64,000 nucleotides of DNA from Candidatus Heimdallarchaeum aukensis (lineage in GTDB: Archaea > Asgardarchaeota > Heimdallarchaeia > Heimdallarchaeales > Heimdallarchaeaceae). Both the position numbers and the translations under genes were made by a program. Where the stretch lies: contig CP084166.1 in the NCBI GenBank assembly GCA_021513695.1, positions 2,272,001-2,336,000 of the forward strand. The letters are read 5' to 3'. Below the pieces are notes generated by a model. It was not told the DNA's origin and searched no databases. It saw only the letters and a list, made by a program, of their open reading frames with translations. Of this stretch, positions 1 through 8,947 are shown one piece after another. Numbering within the stretch: position 1 is the first letter of the stretch; each line of letters opens with the position of its first letter.

Positions 1-2
1 AT

Positions 3-983
3 ACTCACAAGGATAAAATATATGGTTTCTTCCTTGGAAATGAGGACGGTATTATCTTTAAGCATAGAATTTTCAACAAGGAACTCTGTCCTGAATCAGT
101 GTTGGAAAATGTTGTAAGTTCTGTTTGTTCTTTTTTAAGAGAAACAGATCTCTCTGACCGGGGATCAATTACCTTGTCAAATTCTCTTATTTCATTTATT
201 AGAATTAAAGATGTTACTTATGTAATAAGTCATGGGATAGCAGAAATAAAAGAAGTCTATGAGATTCTGAATGAAATTGCAGACATATTTGAAGATCGGT
301 CTAAACGCCGTTTTCATAGTGGCAGTGAGAATCAGTTATTTTCTGGAGCTTCAGCTTCTTTTTCAGAAGTAGTGGAGGAAGTATTTAGAGAGATAATAAT
401 AGCTCAACAGAGGAAAGTTATGTACGAAGAAACAGTAGAAACAGATGCTGAAGAAATAATTCTTTCTGATCTAGAAATTGTTGACTTTCCTGTTTCTGTT
501 TCAGGAGAATCAAAAACTGAGCAAATTTCAAAAGAAAAAGAAGAAAAAGCAGCTACTGAAGGAAAAGAAGAAAAAGTAAAACCTGTTAGTAAGGAAGATC
601 ACTTGAGATCTATTTCATATAATATATTAAATTCTCTATCTGGAATCAAGCATCTAGTTTTTATCGAACATGCTGATAACAAAGCTAAAATGTTTTTTGA
701 ATATGGTGAGATTGAAGAAAAAATAGTTCAGCAAACGGTATCTATATGTGAAAAATTCCTAAAAGAAATTATAGAACTTATGGCTGATAAAGAAGAAAAA
801 AGTGCGATAGAAGTAAGTAAGAACTATCAGATTATCTTTGTTCCATTAAATGAAACTAATTTTATGTATGCTATCGCCACAAAAAGTATTGACCCTGTAA
901 TTATGGAACCTGTTTTTGAAAGAATTGCAAGACGGATAGTCCAGCTTGTTCTTGACTATAAAAAAGAAAAAAATGAAAGTTAA
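3..983 (+). CDS. hypothetical protein, 5'-partial at window edge; apparent tandem Roadblock/longin-like modules joined by an acidic K/E linker (fold call by eye)
   Basis: Frame is open from nt 3 (THKDKIYGFFLGNEDGIIFKHRIF...) through the listed GTG at 99, so the gene probably starts upstream of the window. Stop at 981-983. Purine-rich coding strand, as in most genes here. Confidence 0.6.
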   Translation, partial: THKDKIYGFFLGNEDGIIFKHRIFNKELCPESVLENVVSSVCSFLRETDLSDRGSITLSNSLISFIRIKDVTYVISHGIAEIKEVYEILNEIADIFEDRSKRRFHSGSENQLFSGASASFSEVVEEVFREIIIAQQRKVMYEETVETDAEEIILSDLEIVDFPVSVSGESKTEQISKEKEEKAATEGKEEKVKPVSKEDHLRSISYNILNSLSGIKHLVFIEHADNKAKMFFEYGEIEEKIVQQTVSICEKFLKEIIELMADKEEKSAIEVSKNYQIIFVPLNETNFMYAIATKSIDPVIMEPVFERIARRIVQLVLDYKKEKNES

Positions 984-984
984 T

Positions 985-1683
985 TTATGTGTTGAAAGCT
1001 CTATCTCCTGCATCTCCTAATCCTGGAACAATGTAACCTTTTTCATTCAGTTCCTTGTCTATGTCTCCCGTGAGAATAATGGTTTCTGGATATTTATCCA
1101 ATATCCTATTGATGCCATATTCAGAAGCTATAGCACTTAATACAACAATCCTTTTCGGTTTTTGCTGGTAAAGATGATCTAGAATGAACAACATCGTTGA
1201 TCCACTAGCTAACATGGGGTCTACAATAATAGCTACATTTGATTCATCTAAATAAGGTATGTTTATGTAAGGGACATCAATTCTGAACTCTTTTCCTCCC
1301 TCCCGAAGCATTTTTCCTCTAGATGCAGAAACAACGCCCATTGAAGCTCTAGAAAACTGATTAATTACGCCCTCTGCCATTGGTAGCGCAGCTCTAAGTA
1401 TAGCAACCACTACAATATTGTCTCTAATCTTTCTTACTTCTGCAATACCTAATGGCGTTTCTACTTTTTCTCCTACATTATCAAAATATCTAGCTGCTTC
1501 ATAAGCTAGGTAAGTACCCAACTTTTGAAGATTAAATCTGAATTCTGCAGGTTCTGTTTCTTTATTACGTAAAGTTCCAACAACTTGAGAAACAAGTAAG
1601 TTTTCGTTACTTATATTTTTATACATCTCAAGAGGACTATAAATTTGAAAGAAGAAAAACATTTCTGAAGATGTAAACTTCAT
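985..1683 (-). CDS. upp: uracil phosphoribosyltransferase
   Basis: PRPP-binding loop IIVDPMLASGST and C-terminal PGLGDAGDRAFNT typical of UPRTase. True start is probably the ATG at 1626 (MYKNIS...) rather than 1683. Confidence 0.85.
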   Translation of the reverse strand: MKFTSSEMFFFFQIYSPLEMYKNISNENLLVSQVVGTLRNKETEPAEFRFNLQKLGTYLAYEAARYFDNVGEKVETPLGIAEVRKIRDNIVVVAILRAALPMAEGVINQFSRASMGVVSASRGKMLREGGKEFRIDVPYINIPYLDESNVAIIVDPMLASGSTMLFILDHLYQQKPKRIVVLSAIASEYGINRILDKYPETIILTGDIDKELNEKGYIVPGLGDAGDRAFNT

Positions 1684-1773
1684 GTCAAGTAAAGTTATCC
1701 TATAAGAAAGAATTATCTTTATTCAAAAAGTAAATTAAGAATAGTGAATATAGTTAATCATTAGATTTACAAG

Positions 1774-2463
1774 TTGTTCAGCATGTATTCGGAGCTAGAT
1801 AAAAAAAATAAAAGAAACTTAATTAAAAGAATAGGGGTTATGCATGGAATAGAGATTACAGATAGAATGATTCAAGCTTTTATTAATGTTCCACGTGAGG
1901 AGTTTGTTCTCGAAAGAGATAAAAATTCAGCTTATGTAGATTCTCCAAGACCAATTCTCGCTGGACAAACAATTTCAGCTATACACATGGTAATTATGTA
2001 TATTTCTCCCTCCCTCTCTGATCCAAAGGAAGGAGATATCGTTCTTGAAGTTGGAGCAGGAAGTGGGTACAATGCAGCACTTTTTGCAGAAATGGTGGCT
2101 CCAAAAGGGTCATCTAACCCTGGGCATGTGTATGCGTTAGAAATTATCCCCGAGCTGGTAGAGTTTGCAAGAGAAAACATCGAAAGAACAGGTTATTCTG
2201 ACAGAGTTACAATAATTCATGCAGATGGAGGTATAGGATATCCCGAAAAAGCTCCTTTTGATATAATCTCTGTTGCTGCTGCATCTAAAGGGATTCCAGA
2301 GCCGTTAAAGGAACAACTTAAGGTAGGAGGAAGAATGATTATTCCTGTTGGGACAACATTTTTTCAAGAACTGATATTAATAAGAAAGGAATCAAGTGGA
2401 AATTTTTCACAAAAAAATATTTGTGGAGTTAGATTCGTTCCTTTGACGGGAAAATACGGGTAA
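1774..2463 (+). CDS. pcm: protein-L-isoaspartate O-methyltransferase
   Basis: SAM motif LEVGAGSGYNAALFA, QTISAIHMV block and C-terminal VRFVPLTG typical of PCMT. Listed TTG start; an ATG lies at 1783. Confidence 0.85.
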   Translation: MFSMYSELDKKNKRNLIKRIGVMHGIEITDRMIQAFINVPREEFVLERDKNSAYVDSPRPILAGQTISAIHMVIMYISPSLSDPKEGDIVLEVGAGSGYNAALFAEMVAPKGSSNPGHVYALEIIPELVEFARENIERTGYSDRVTIIHADGGIGYPEKAPFDIISVAAASKGIPEPLKEQLKVGGRMIIPVGTTFFQELILIRKESSGNFSQKNICGVRFVPLTGKYG

Positions 2464-2495
2464 AAAGAGAATACAAAGACAGCCAATTTCTCTAT

Positions 2496-3530
2496 TCAAC
2501 TAAAAAAGGAGTCTAATCTTTTTTGTTGGAGAATGGATTTTTGTTCTTCTTTTGTTTTTGACAAAACATTTCTTACTCTAGCTTCATCAAAGCCTCTTTG
2601 TTCACACAAGAATTCAACTATTCCTTCAATATCTATCTCTCCAAAACTAAGGTCATAGTCTTCAGTAATTACAGGATTTCTAAAAACTTCGCGTATCTCT
2701 TCATAATCTGCATTTAACTCAATGTTAACATTTTCTAGAACTTTCTCTATAGTACCATACTGCTGAATATATTTGTAAGCTGTTTTTGGTCCCACTCCTT
2801 TTACTCCATCAGGATTGAAATCAGTTCCAATTAGAATGGCCATATCGATAAGTTGATCCGGAGTTAAGTTCAATTCCTTTAACAGATTTTCTCTGCGATA
2901 TATCTCAACATTTACAGTAATATATCGATTACTTCTGGGGAGTTTTCTTCTACCTGAGAGAGTTAAATTTCTAATCAATATTGGAGCTCCAAATAACAAA
3001 CTATCAAAATCTTGTGAAGCTACACCCCATACTTTCCTATGTTGAGCTAGATAAGCAGCCTGAGCTTCTCCTTCTTGTGGAGCTTCAATATAAGGGATTC
3101 CCATTAATCTGAGCAAGTGTTTAGCATCTTTTAACATATCTTCAGTCAATGAAACAGTTCTTTGTGCAACAGTGCGAACACGTTCCATGTCTCCTCTTTC
3201 TCTCGCTTCTTCTAGTTCTTCTCTTGCTTTTTCTTTTAATTTTACTCTTCTTCTTATTTCTTCCTTTTTAAGTTCTGATGGTTTTCCATCAAAAACATAA
3301 ACCAATTTTATTCCATGTTGTAATAGTCTAGCATTGCGGTATAAAAGACCAGATAAATGACTAGTAACCATTCCGTCTATATTTTTTAAAAGAGAACCAT
3401 CCATTCCTCTGATGGAAGCTAAAAATTGGTAGAGAATATTATATGCGTCTACAGCTAAACGCTTTCGACTTAAATCAGAAAGTTCTATAGGTTCTCCTTT
3501 AATGAGGTCTGAAATTTTCTTTACTCCCAT
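2496..3530 (-). CDS. fen: flap endonuclease 1
   Basis: XPG-N/XPG-I acidic blocks (VYVFDGKP, EGEAQAAYL), H3TH GTDFNPDGVKGVGPKTA, C-terminal PCNA-binding PIP box QKRLDSFF. Confidence 0.92.
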   Translation of the reverse strand: MGVKKISDLIKGEPIELSDLSRKRLAVDAYNILYQFLASIRGMDGSLLKNIDGMVTSHLSGLLYRNARLLQHGIKLVYVFDGKPSELKKEEIRRRVKLKEKAREELEEARERGDMERVRTVAQRTVSLTEDMLKDAKHLLRLMGIPYIEAPQEGEAQAAYLAQHRKVWGVASQDFDSLLFGAPILIRNLTLSGRRKLPRSNRYITVNVEIYRRENLLKELNLTPDQLIDMAILIGTDFNPDGVKGVGPKTAYKYIQQYGTIEKVLENVNIELNADYEEIREVFRNPVITEDYDLSFGEIDIEGIVEFLCEQRGFDEARVRNVLSKTKEEQKSILQQKRLDSFFS

Positions 3531-3656
3531 TTAAAACACCATTACTTGTATAACCTATATATTTTATTATTTAAAGTTAATTTCAAATAAAGATCTGAGA
3601 ATAAATGGTCTGAACAGACAAGAATTAAATAAGGAAAGAAAAAAGTTAAACCGCCA

Positions 3657-4898
3657 ATGACTAAAAGTAATGAATATGTATTTTTTAAACTTGGACGGAA
3701 TAAGGAGTTGGCGGAAGTTGAAATTTCCACAATTCTTGAGAAAGTGGGAATAAATAGAAAAATTAGTTATTTTCAGTGGAAAGAATTTCTCTTTGTTAAA
3801 ATAGAAAAAAAAGAAGAACAGAAGGTTCTTCAAAAAATTAGAGAAACTGGAAGTATAGTAAAAGTTGGTAGTTGTTTTGCAAAATGTAATTCTGAGATTG
3901 AAGTTAAAAAAGTGATACCAGACAAAATTAATCAGATAATAGAAAAATTCTCAGGAAAAAAAGAAAAAATAAAATTTTCAATTAACCTTCAAATAGAGAA
4001 AGAAAAACAAAAATCTTTTTCTGAAATAGTGAAGAATGAGATACTAAAAATTGCAAAAGATAAAAGGGTAGAAGTGAAGATAATTCCAAAAAAAGGATAT
4101 TCACTAGAACTTAGCCCTTACCAGTATCACAAAGAAAATATGCCAAAAAGAGGTGTAGAATTAATTATTTTTGGTATAAAGTCAAAGTTGTATCTTGGAG
4201 AAACAAAATGGGTAACAAATCCATTCTTTGACATAAAACTTGATGAAGGACGGCCAGAACGATTATTTACACATGGGACATCAATAAAAATGGCTCGTTC
4301 ATTAATTAATCTCACAAATATCAAGAAAGGTTGTAAAATAGTAGATCCTTTTTCAGGAACAGGAACTCTATTGATTGTAGGATTGTTACAAGGTTATGAT
4401 GTTTTGGGTTTTGAAAAAGATCCGAGATGTGTTAGAGTTGCTAAAACAAATATACGTTGGGCAGTTGATAAATACAAACTTGAGCGAAGTTGGAAAATAT
4501 ACAAGAATGATGCCAGGGATATGCATAAAATAATTAGTGAAAAAGTTGATGCAGTTGTAACAGAACCATATTTAGGGCCATTTCTAAAAACTCTTCCTGA
4601 TTTAGAAGAAGGAAAAAAAATAATCCATGAACTTGAAAAGTTATATGCTAAAGTTTTATATTCGTGTAGTCAAATCTTGAAAGATGATTCTAGAGTAGTC
4701 ATAATCTTTCCTTTTTATGAATATCCAGACAAAACTAAACTTTCAATTAATTTAGAACGTGTAATAAATGGTTTATCGTTAGAACTAGTAGAAAAGACTC
4801 TTCACTTTAATGTTAGTTTTCCTATCAGCATCGGAAGAGAACATAATATTATCTCAAGACAAATTGTTATACTAAAGAAAAATAGTATGAAACAATAA
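3657..4898 (+). CDS. putative RNA (guanine-N2)-methyltransferase, Trm11/UPF0020-like
   Basis: SAM motif I IVDPFSGTGTLL and catalytic-type motif VVTEPYLG (variant of D/NPPY), with a long N-terminal extension that could be THUMP-like. Substrate not determinable. Confidence 0.5.
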   Translation: MTKSNEYVFFKLGRNKELAEVEISTILEKVGINRKISYFQWKEFLFVKIEKKEEQKVLQKIRETGSIVKVGSCFAKCNSEIEVKKVIPDKINQIIEKFSGKKEKIKFSINLQIEKEKQKSFSEIVKNEILKIAKDKRVEVKIIPKKGYSLELSPYQYHKENMPKRGVELIIFGIKSKLYLGETKWVTNPFFDIKLDEGRPERLFTHGTSIKMARSLINLTNIKKGCKIVDPFSGTGTLLIVGLLQGYDVLGFEKDPRCVRVAKTNIRWAVDKYKLERSWKIYKNDARDMHKIISEKVDAVVTEPYLGPFLKTLPDLEEGKKIIHELEKLYAKVLYSCSQILKDDSRVVIIFPFYEYPDKTKLSINLERVINGLSLELVEKTLHFNVSFPISIGREHNIISRQIVILKKNSMKQ

Positions 4899-4931
4899 TC
4901 TTTCAATCTTTGTTTAATTTACTAATCTTAT

Positions 4932-5195
4932 TTAATCTTCGCCAACCGCAAGAAAACTCATATCTTTTGTTAGTTTTTGGATACGTCTTTTAGTTTTAGA
5001 AATCCATGAGACATGAATTAATCCATTAGTTTCCAAAGAGAGTAGAGCTTTGTTTAATTCAGTTTCGGAATAATCGCCATAAAGTTCTCTAAGTGGATTT
5101 TCTAGCTCATTCTCAATAATTACTCCGCCCCGTTTTTCTAAAATTGCGAGAATACAAGATTTTAATGGCGTAACTCTCCATGCTGCAGAGGTCAT
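4932..5195 (-). CDS. small winged-helix-like hypothetical protein
   Basis: 87-aa ORF with purine-rich coding strand. The LKSCILAILEKRGGVI...LETNGLIHVS pattern resembles a wHTH. No family assigned. Confidence 0.4.
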   Translation of the reverse strand: MTSAAWRVTPLKSCILAILEKRGGVIIENELENPLRELYGDYSETELNKALLSLETNGLIHVSWISKTKRRIQKLTKDMSFLAVGED

Positions 5196-5343
5196 CGTAG
5201 AATCACCTAAAATAAAGATGTAGTAAGCTTTTTAGAATGTTTTGTTCCACAAGAAAAAGAGTCGAACTTTTAAATCTAAGAGACAAAATAAATTAGAAAG
5301 ACAAAATTTTTAATATATACTTTTTTTCAAGTTTTTAGTTATT

Positions 5344-5523
5344 ATGAACACACGAAATCGTATATATGTGATTATTACTTTATCGATAGCAATATTATTC
5401 TTAATCATTGCAATTGTTCAATCACAAATTGACAGTTTTAGCGCAATAACGAAGATGACTGAAGAAGAAGTGAAAAATTTCTTGTCGGGATACTTAGCAG
5501 GTTTCCCAAAACCATGGGAATAA
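5344..5523 (+). CDS. small membrane protein (59 aa), not in ORF track
   Basis: ATG 5344 to TAA 5521-5523. MNTRNRIYVIITLSIAILFLIIAIVQ... gives one clear TM helix. Ends 15 nt before the next gene, whose start follows gagagg. Confidence 0.4.
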   Translation: MNTRNRIYVIITLSIAILFLIIAIVQSQIDSFSAITKMTEEEVKNFLSGYLAGFPKPWE

Positions 5524-5538
5524 AGTGAGAGGATTGAA

Positions 5539-6465
5539 ATGACAAAGAACAAAGAAAAAAACATAACATTATCTTTACGTCCGATAACTAATCATAAAAT
5601 TAGAATAGTTAGAATCATTACACAATTAGTAATATTTAGCTTATTAAACGGGTTAATATTTGGGCTAGCTAGAGTAAGTTTAATTTTACCTATTGAATAC
5701 CCTACAGGAGGACCATTTTCTACGGTATGGAGTGGTTTTGAAGCGTTACAGTATGGGCTAACAATCTTTACCTTCCCCTATCTTGTAATAGCTATCTTTG
5801 GATTATTTGGAGCTGTGGCTGGAAAAACAACTTGTGGATGGGCTTGCCCAATGGGATTATTCCAAGATTTATTTAGTTACATCCCAATAAAAAAGAAAAA
5901 AGTTTCTAAACCAACAGAAAAGTCACTAAGAAGTTTCGCCGTGTTCATTATTATATTCGCTTTAGTATTCTCTTTAGTCATAGGAATATCTTATAATAAA
6001 AACGGTTCTGCAGCAAAAGACGCTTATGGAATATGGGGAAATATTCCTTATAGTGTGTTAGATCCCGTAGCAACAATTTTTGCAACTCTGTTTTATTATC
6101 TAAAATGGGGAATCCAAGCAGAAACACTTGGAGCTGAAATGGGTGATTGGAAATTTTGGTTTATTGCAAGAATATTATTCTTAGCAATAATCTTAATCCT
6201 CATAACCTTATATCCAAGAGCTTATTGTAGATGGTTCTGCCCAACAGGATACATATTAGGCTTTTTCAATAACTTTAGTCTATTTGGTTTAAAAATAAAT
6301 AAGAATAGATGTCCAACTGGTTGTAATAAATGTGAAAAAGCTTGTCCGGTTCAAGTACCTATACTAGATTATGATAAGAACATAACACATCCCAATTGTA
6401 CAAATTGTGGAGAATGTATAGATGCTTGTCCTGAAGGAGCTCTAAAAATAGGTTTCAGATTCTGA
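5539..6465 (+). CDS. polytopic membrane 4Fe-4S protein, NapH/MauN-like
   Basis: CGWACPMG and CRWFCPTG membrane-proximal Cys motifs, two ferredoxin motifs (CPTGCNKCEKACP, CTNCGECIDACP) and several hydrophobic helices. Confidence 0.7.
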   Translation: MTKNKEKNITLSLRPITNHKIRIVRIITQLVIFSLLNGLIFGLARVSLILPIEYPTGGPFSTVWSGFEALQYGLTIFTFPYLVIAIFGLFGAVAGKTTCGWACPMGLFQDLFSYIPIKKKKVSKPTEKSLRSFAVFIIIFALVFSLVIGISYNKNGSAAKDAYGIWGNIPYSVLDPVATIFATLFYYLKWGIQAETLGAEMGDWKFWFIARILFLAIILILITLYPRAYCRWFCPTGYILGFFNNFSLFGLKINKNRCPTGCNKCEKACPVQVPILDYDKNITHPNCTNCGECIDACPEGALKIGFRF

Positions 6466-6519
6466 TTATCCAAACTTATTTCATAGAAATTCTTTTTCTT
6501 TTCTCTTTTCTTTTTTGTA

Positions 6520-7773
6520 TTAACTTTGAATTTGTAAAGAATGATGGTATGCTTCTTTTTCTGTTTTTTGAAGAATAGAACTGTAACCTTTTTCTAAATA
6601 ATCCTGAATAATCGAAAGAACTGATTTTGATATGGGAAGTTTAACACTGTTATTAGTTTTCAGTATTTCTTCTATACTCACTTCAAGAGAGTCAAGATAA
6701 AGAGCAGCAGAATAAAGTTCCTTAATAAAGTTGTAATTCTTATGTATAATGAACCCTTTTAAATGAGACATTTTTAATAAAATCTCTGATAAAATTAAAT
6801 TAACCTTATTCGCTTGCTCTGGAATATATCGAATAGGAGAATAACCAAGTTTCATTTCATAATTATATCTAAAAGCTTTAACGCGCGGAAGAACCAATCC
6901 TAATCTTTTGAATGCTTTTCTGTCGAAATCCCCATATTTATCATTGTTTCCGTAAAGCTCTAAATATTTGGCTACCAAATGAGGATAATGTTTTCTAAGG
7001 GTATCAATAAATTCATCTTTATTTCTCCCTGGCTTAAGAGTAAGTCCCCAAGTGATAACATACTCTGCATTAGCTTTTTTTGCTTTGTGAAAAATATTTT
7101 CAATGTTTTCTTTTGTATCTCCAATAAAGGGTAAACATGGATTGAAATAAACCCCAGAATGTATTCCTTCTTTACGTAATTTAGAGATAGCTCGAAAACG
7201 ATCCTCTGAAGAACTAGCACGAGGTTCGAAAATCTTACGAACTGAATCATCCGCGAGAGTGATAGTGAAATTAACACTAGCATAAGTCTGTTCATTAATA
7301 GCTTTAAGCAAGTCAAGATCACGAAGAACGAGAGTGCTTTTTGTGAGAATGAAGACTGGTAATTCATAATCATGTATGACTTGAAGAAGTTTACGAGTAA
7401 GTTGAAGTTCTTTTTCTGCAGGTTGATAGACATCGCAAACTCCTCCACCTACAAAAATAACGAATTTAGAAGGAGAAGGCATCTGAATTCGCTCAACTGT
7501 AGTATCTAAATAGTTGAGTAATGAGTGGGATGAATTAGGAGAAAAAAATCCTCTTTTTTTGAGATATTTCTCCAAGAGCTCTGGAGCATTAACCTTAACT
7601 TTGATTCGATTAGCAAAATCTTCATGCATATAATAGGATTCAGCTTTACCGTCACAATATTTGCAATCGTGCCAACAACCCTGATAGGGATTAAGGTAAA
7701 CTTTAGCCCAAGAGAAAAAAGAAGGTGTTACTTCTTTAATTAACGATTTAGCACGAATACGTTCAATGATCAT
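6520..7773 (-). CDS. radical SAM protein, SplB/COG1533-like
   Basis: N-terminal NPYQGCWHDCKYCDG (CxxxCxxC) as in the 'DNA repair photolyase' radical SAM family. Long helical C-terminal extension. Confidence 0.6.
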   Translation of the reverse strand: MIIERIRAKSLIKEVTPSFFSWAKVYLNPYQGCWHDCKYCDGKAESYYMHEDFANRIKVKVNAPELLEKYLKKRGFFSPNSSHSLLNYLDTTVERIQMPSPSKFVIFVGGGVCDVYQPAEKELQLTRKLLQVIHDYELPVFILTKSTLVLRDLDLLKAINEQTYASVNFTITLADDSVRKIFEPRASSSEDRFRAISKLRKEGIHSGVYFNPCLPFIGDTKENIENIFHKAKKANAEYVITWGLTLKPGRNKDEFIDTLRKHYPHLVAKYLELYGNNDKYGDFDRKAFKRLGLVLPRVKAFRYNYEMKLGYSPIRYIPEQANKVNLILSEILLKMSHLKGFIIHKNYNFIKELYSAALYLDSLEVSIEEILKTNNSVKLPISKSVLSIIQDYLEKGYSSILQKTEKEAYHHSLQIQS

Positions 7774-7876
7774 TGTTTTCCCAATTAATCAAATAGAGTT
7801 TTTTTTATTTATAAAGATAGTTAGGTTGCTAGATTATCACCTTTAGATAAAGAAAAAAAGACATAGAATTAAAATA

Positions 7877-8947
7877 TTAAAACGATAAGGAAAAAAAGTC
7901 ATTGTTATTAAGTTTCGAATGAAACAAATAGCTTTTCCATTCAAGTTTACACGAACAAGAAGGTAAGTCCTGAAGAATATTGGGATCTTGAGAAAGAGTG
8001 AAATCTTTTAGGGCTTGAACAATTGTAGAGTCACAAGAACCACAGTTATGAGCTCCTCTCTTTTTACCTCCTGCAACAGGGTCACAAATGATTCTTAAGT
8101 TGGGATAGAGAGTAGAAAGTTCTCGGCAGATATGTACAAGTGACCATAAGTAGGGGGGACGATAAAGATTCTTATCAAAAAGTGAAGAGAGATAAGTGTC
8201 GCGTTGTATATTTATTGCATTAATTGATACGGTGTCTACCCCTAAAGAAACAACCTGTCTAACACTGTTAAAAACGTCCAACATGGAGTCAAATTCTGAA
8301 ACAAAAGGTGGTTTGAAAAGAAGGTAAGCTTTAATTTTTGCCCCAAAGGAAAAAACACGTTTTGTAGCACGTTCGAAATCTTCCCAAAAGAAACCTTTGT
8401 TTATAGAATCACGAAGAATAGCATTATTCGCACTTTCTAATCCTATAGCAATCTCAACTTTAGAAATATCAAAGTGATCACGGAGAAGTGTTAGTTTTTT
8501 TTCTGTAACATATGAAGGTCGAGACTCTAGTACTAACTCTTTAATACTTGACGAATAAGGTTGAAGTTCATGAAGGATAGAAATTAGAACATGGTTTGGG
8601 ACTTCGAGAGAATCAAGAATGCTACCACTAGTAAATAGTTTTATAGAATAAGAAAGGGACGGATCAATTAAAGAGGATAATTTAGAAGAAAAATCAGAGA
8701 GCATCTCTGAAAAATCTGGTTTTTGAGGGTTATCATAAAGATAACCGCAAATTGAACAACCTCCACTACGAGAAAGAGCCCAAGAACAACCTCTTGTAGG
8801 AAGAATAAAAACAATAGCTTTTGCTGGGCCAGTACGAAGACGATGATCTTCAACCCATGCAACAAGACGACGTGAAGTAGAACGCTTGGAAAGGGCTGAT
8901 TGGCGGTAACTATGGATTATGGAACTAAAAGAAGGGTTTATTTTCAT
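7877..8947 (-). CDS. raSEA: archaeosine biosynthesis radical SAM protein RaSEA (TIGR01210-like)
   Basis: Cys cluster region TRGCSWALSRSGGCSICGY and C-terminal CGSC/CSC cysteines. Its ATG overlaps the ArcS stop (ATGA at 8944-8947). ArcS-RaSEA pairing is known in archaea. Confidence 0.7.
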   Translation of the reverse strand: MKINPSFSSIIHSYRQSALSKRSTSRRLVAWVEDHRLRTGPAKAIVFILPTRGCSWALSRSGGCSICGYLYDNPQKPDFSEMLSDFSSKLSSLIDPSLSYSIKLFTSGSILDSLEVPNHVLISILHELQPYSSSIKELVLESRPSYVTEKKLTLLRDHFDISKVEIAIGLESANNAILRDSINKGFFWEDFERATKRVFSFGAKIKAYLLFKPPFVSEFDSMLDVFNSVRQVVSLGVDTVSINAINIQRDTYLSSLFDKNLYRPPYLWSLVHICRELSTLYPNLRIICDPVAGGKKRGAHNCGSCDSTIVQALKDFTLSQDPNILQDLPSCSCKLEWKSYLFHSKLNNNDFFSLSF

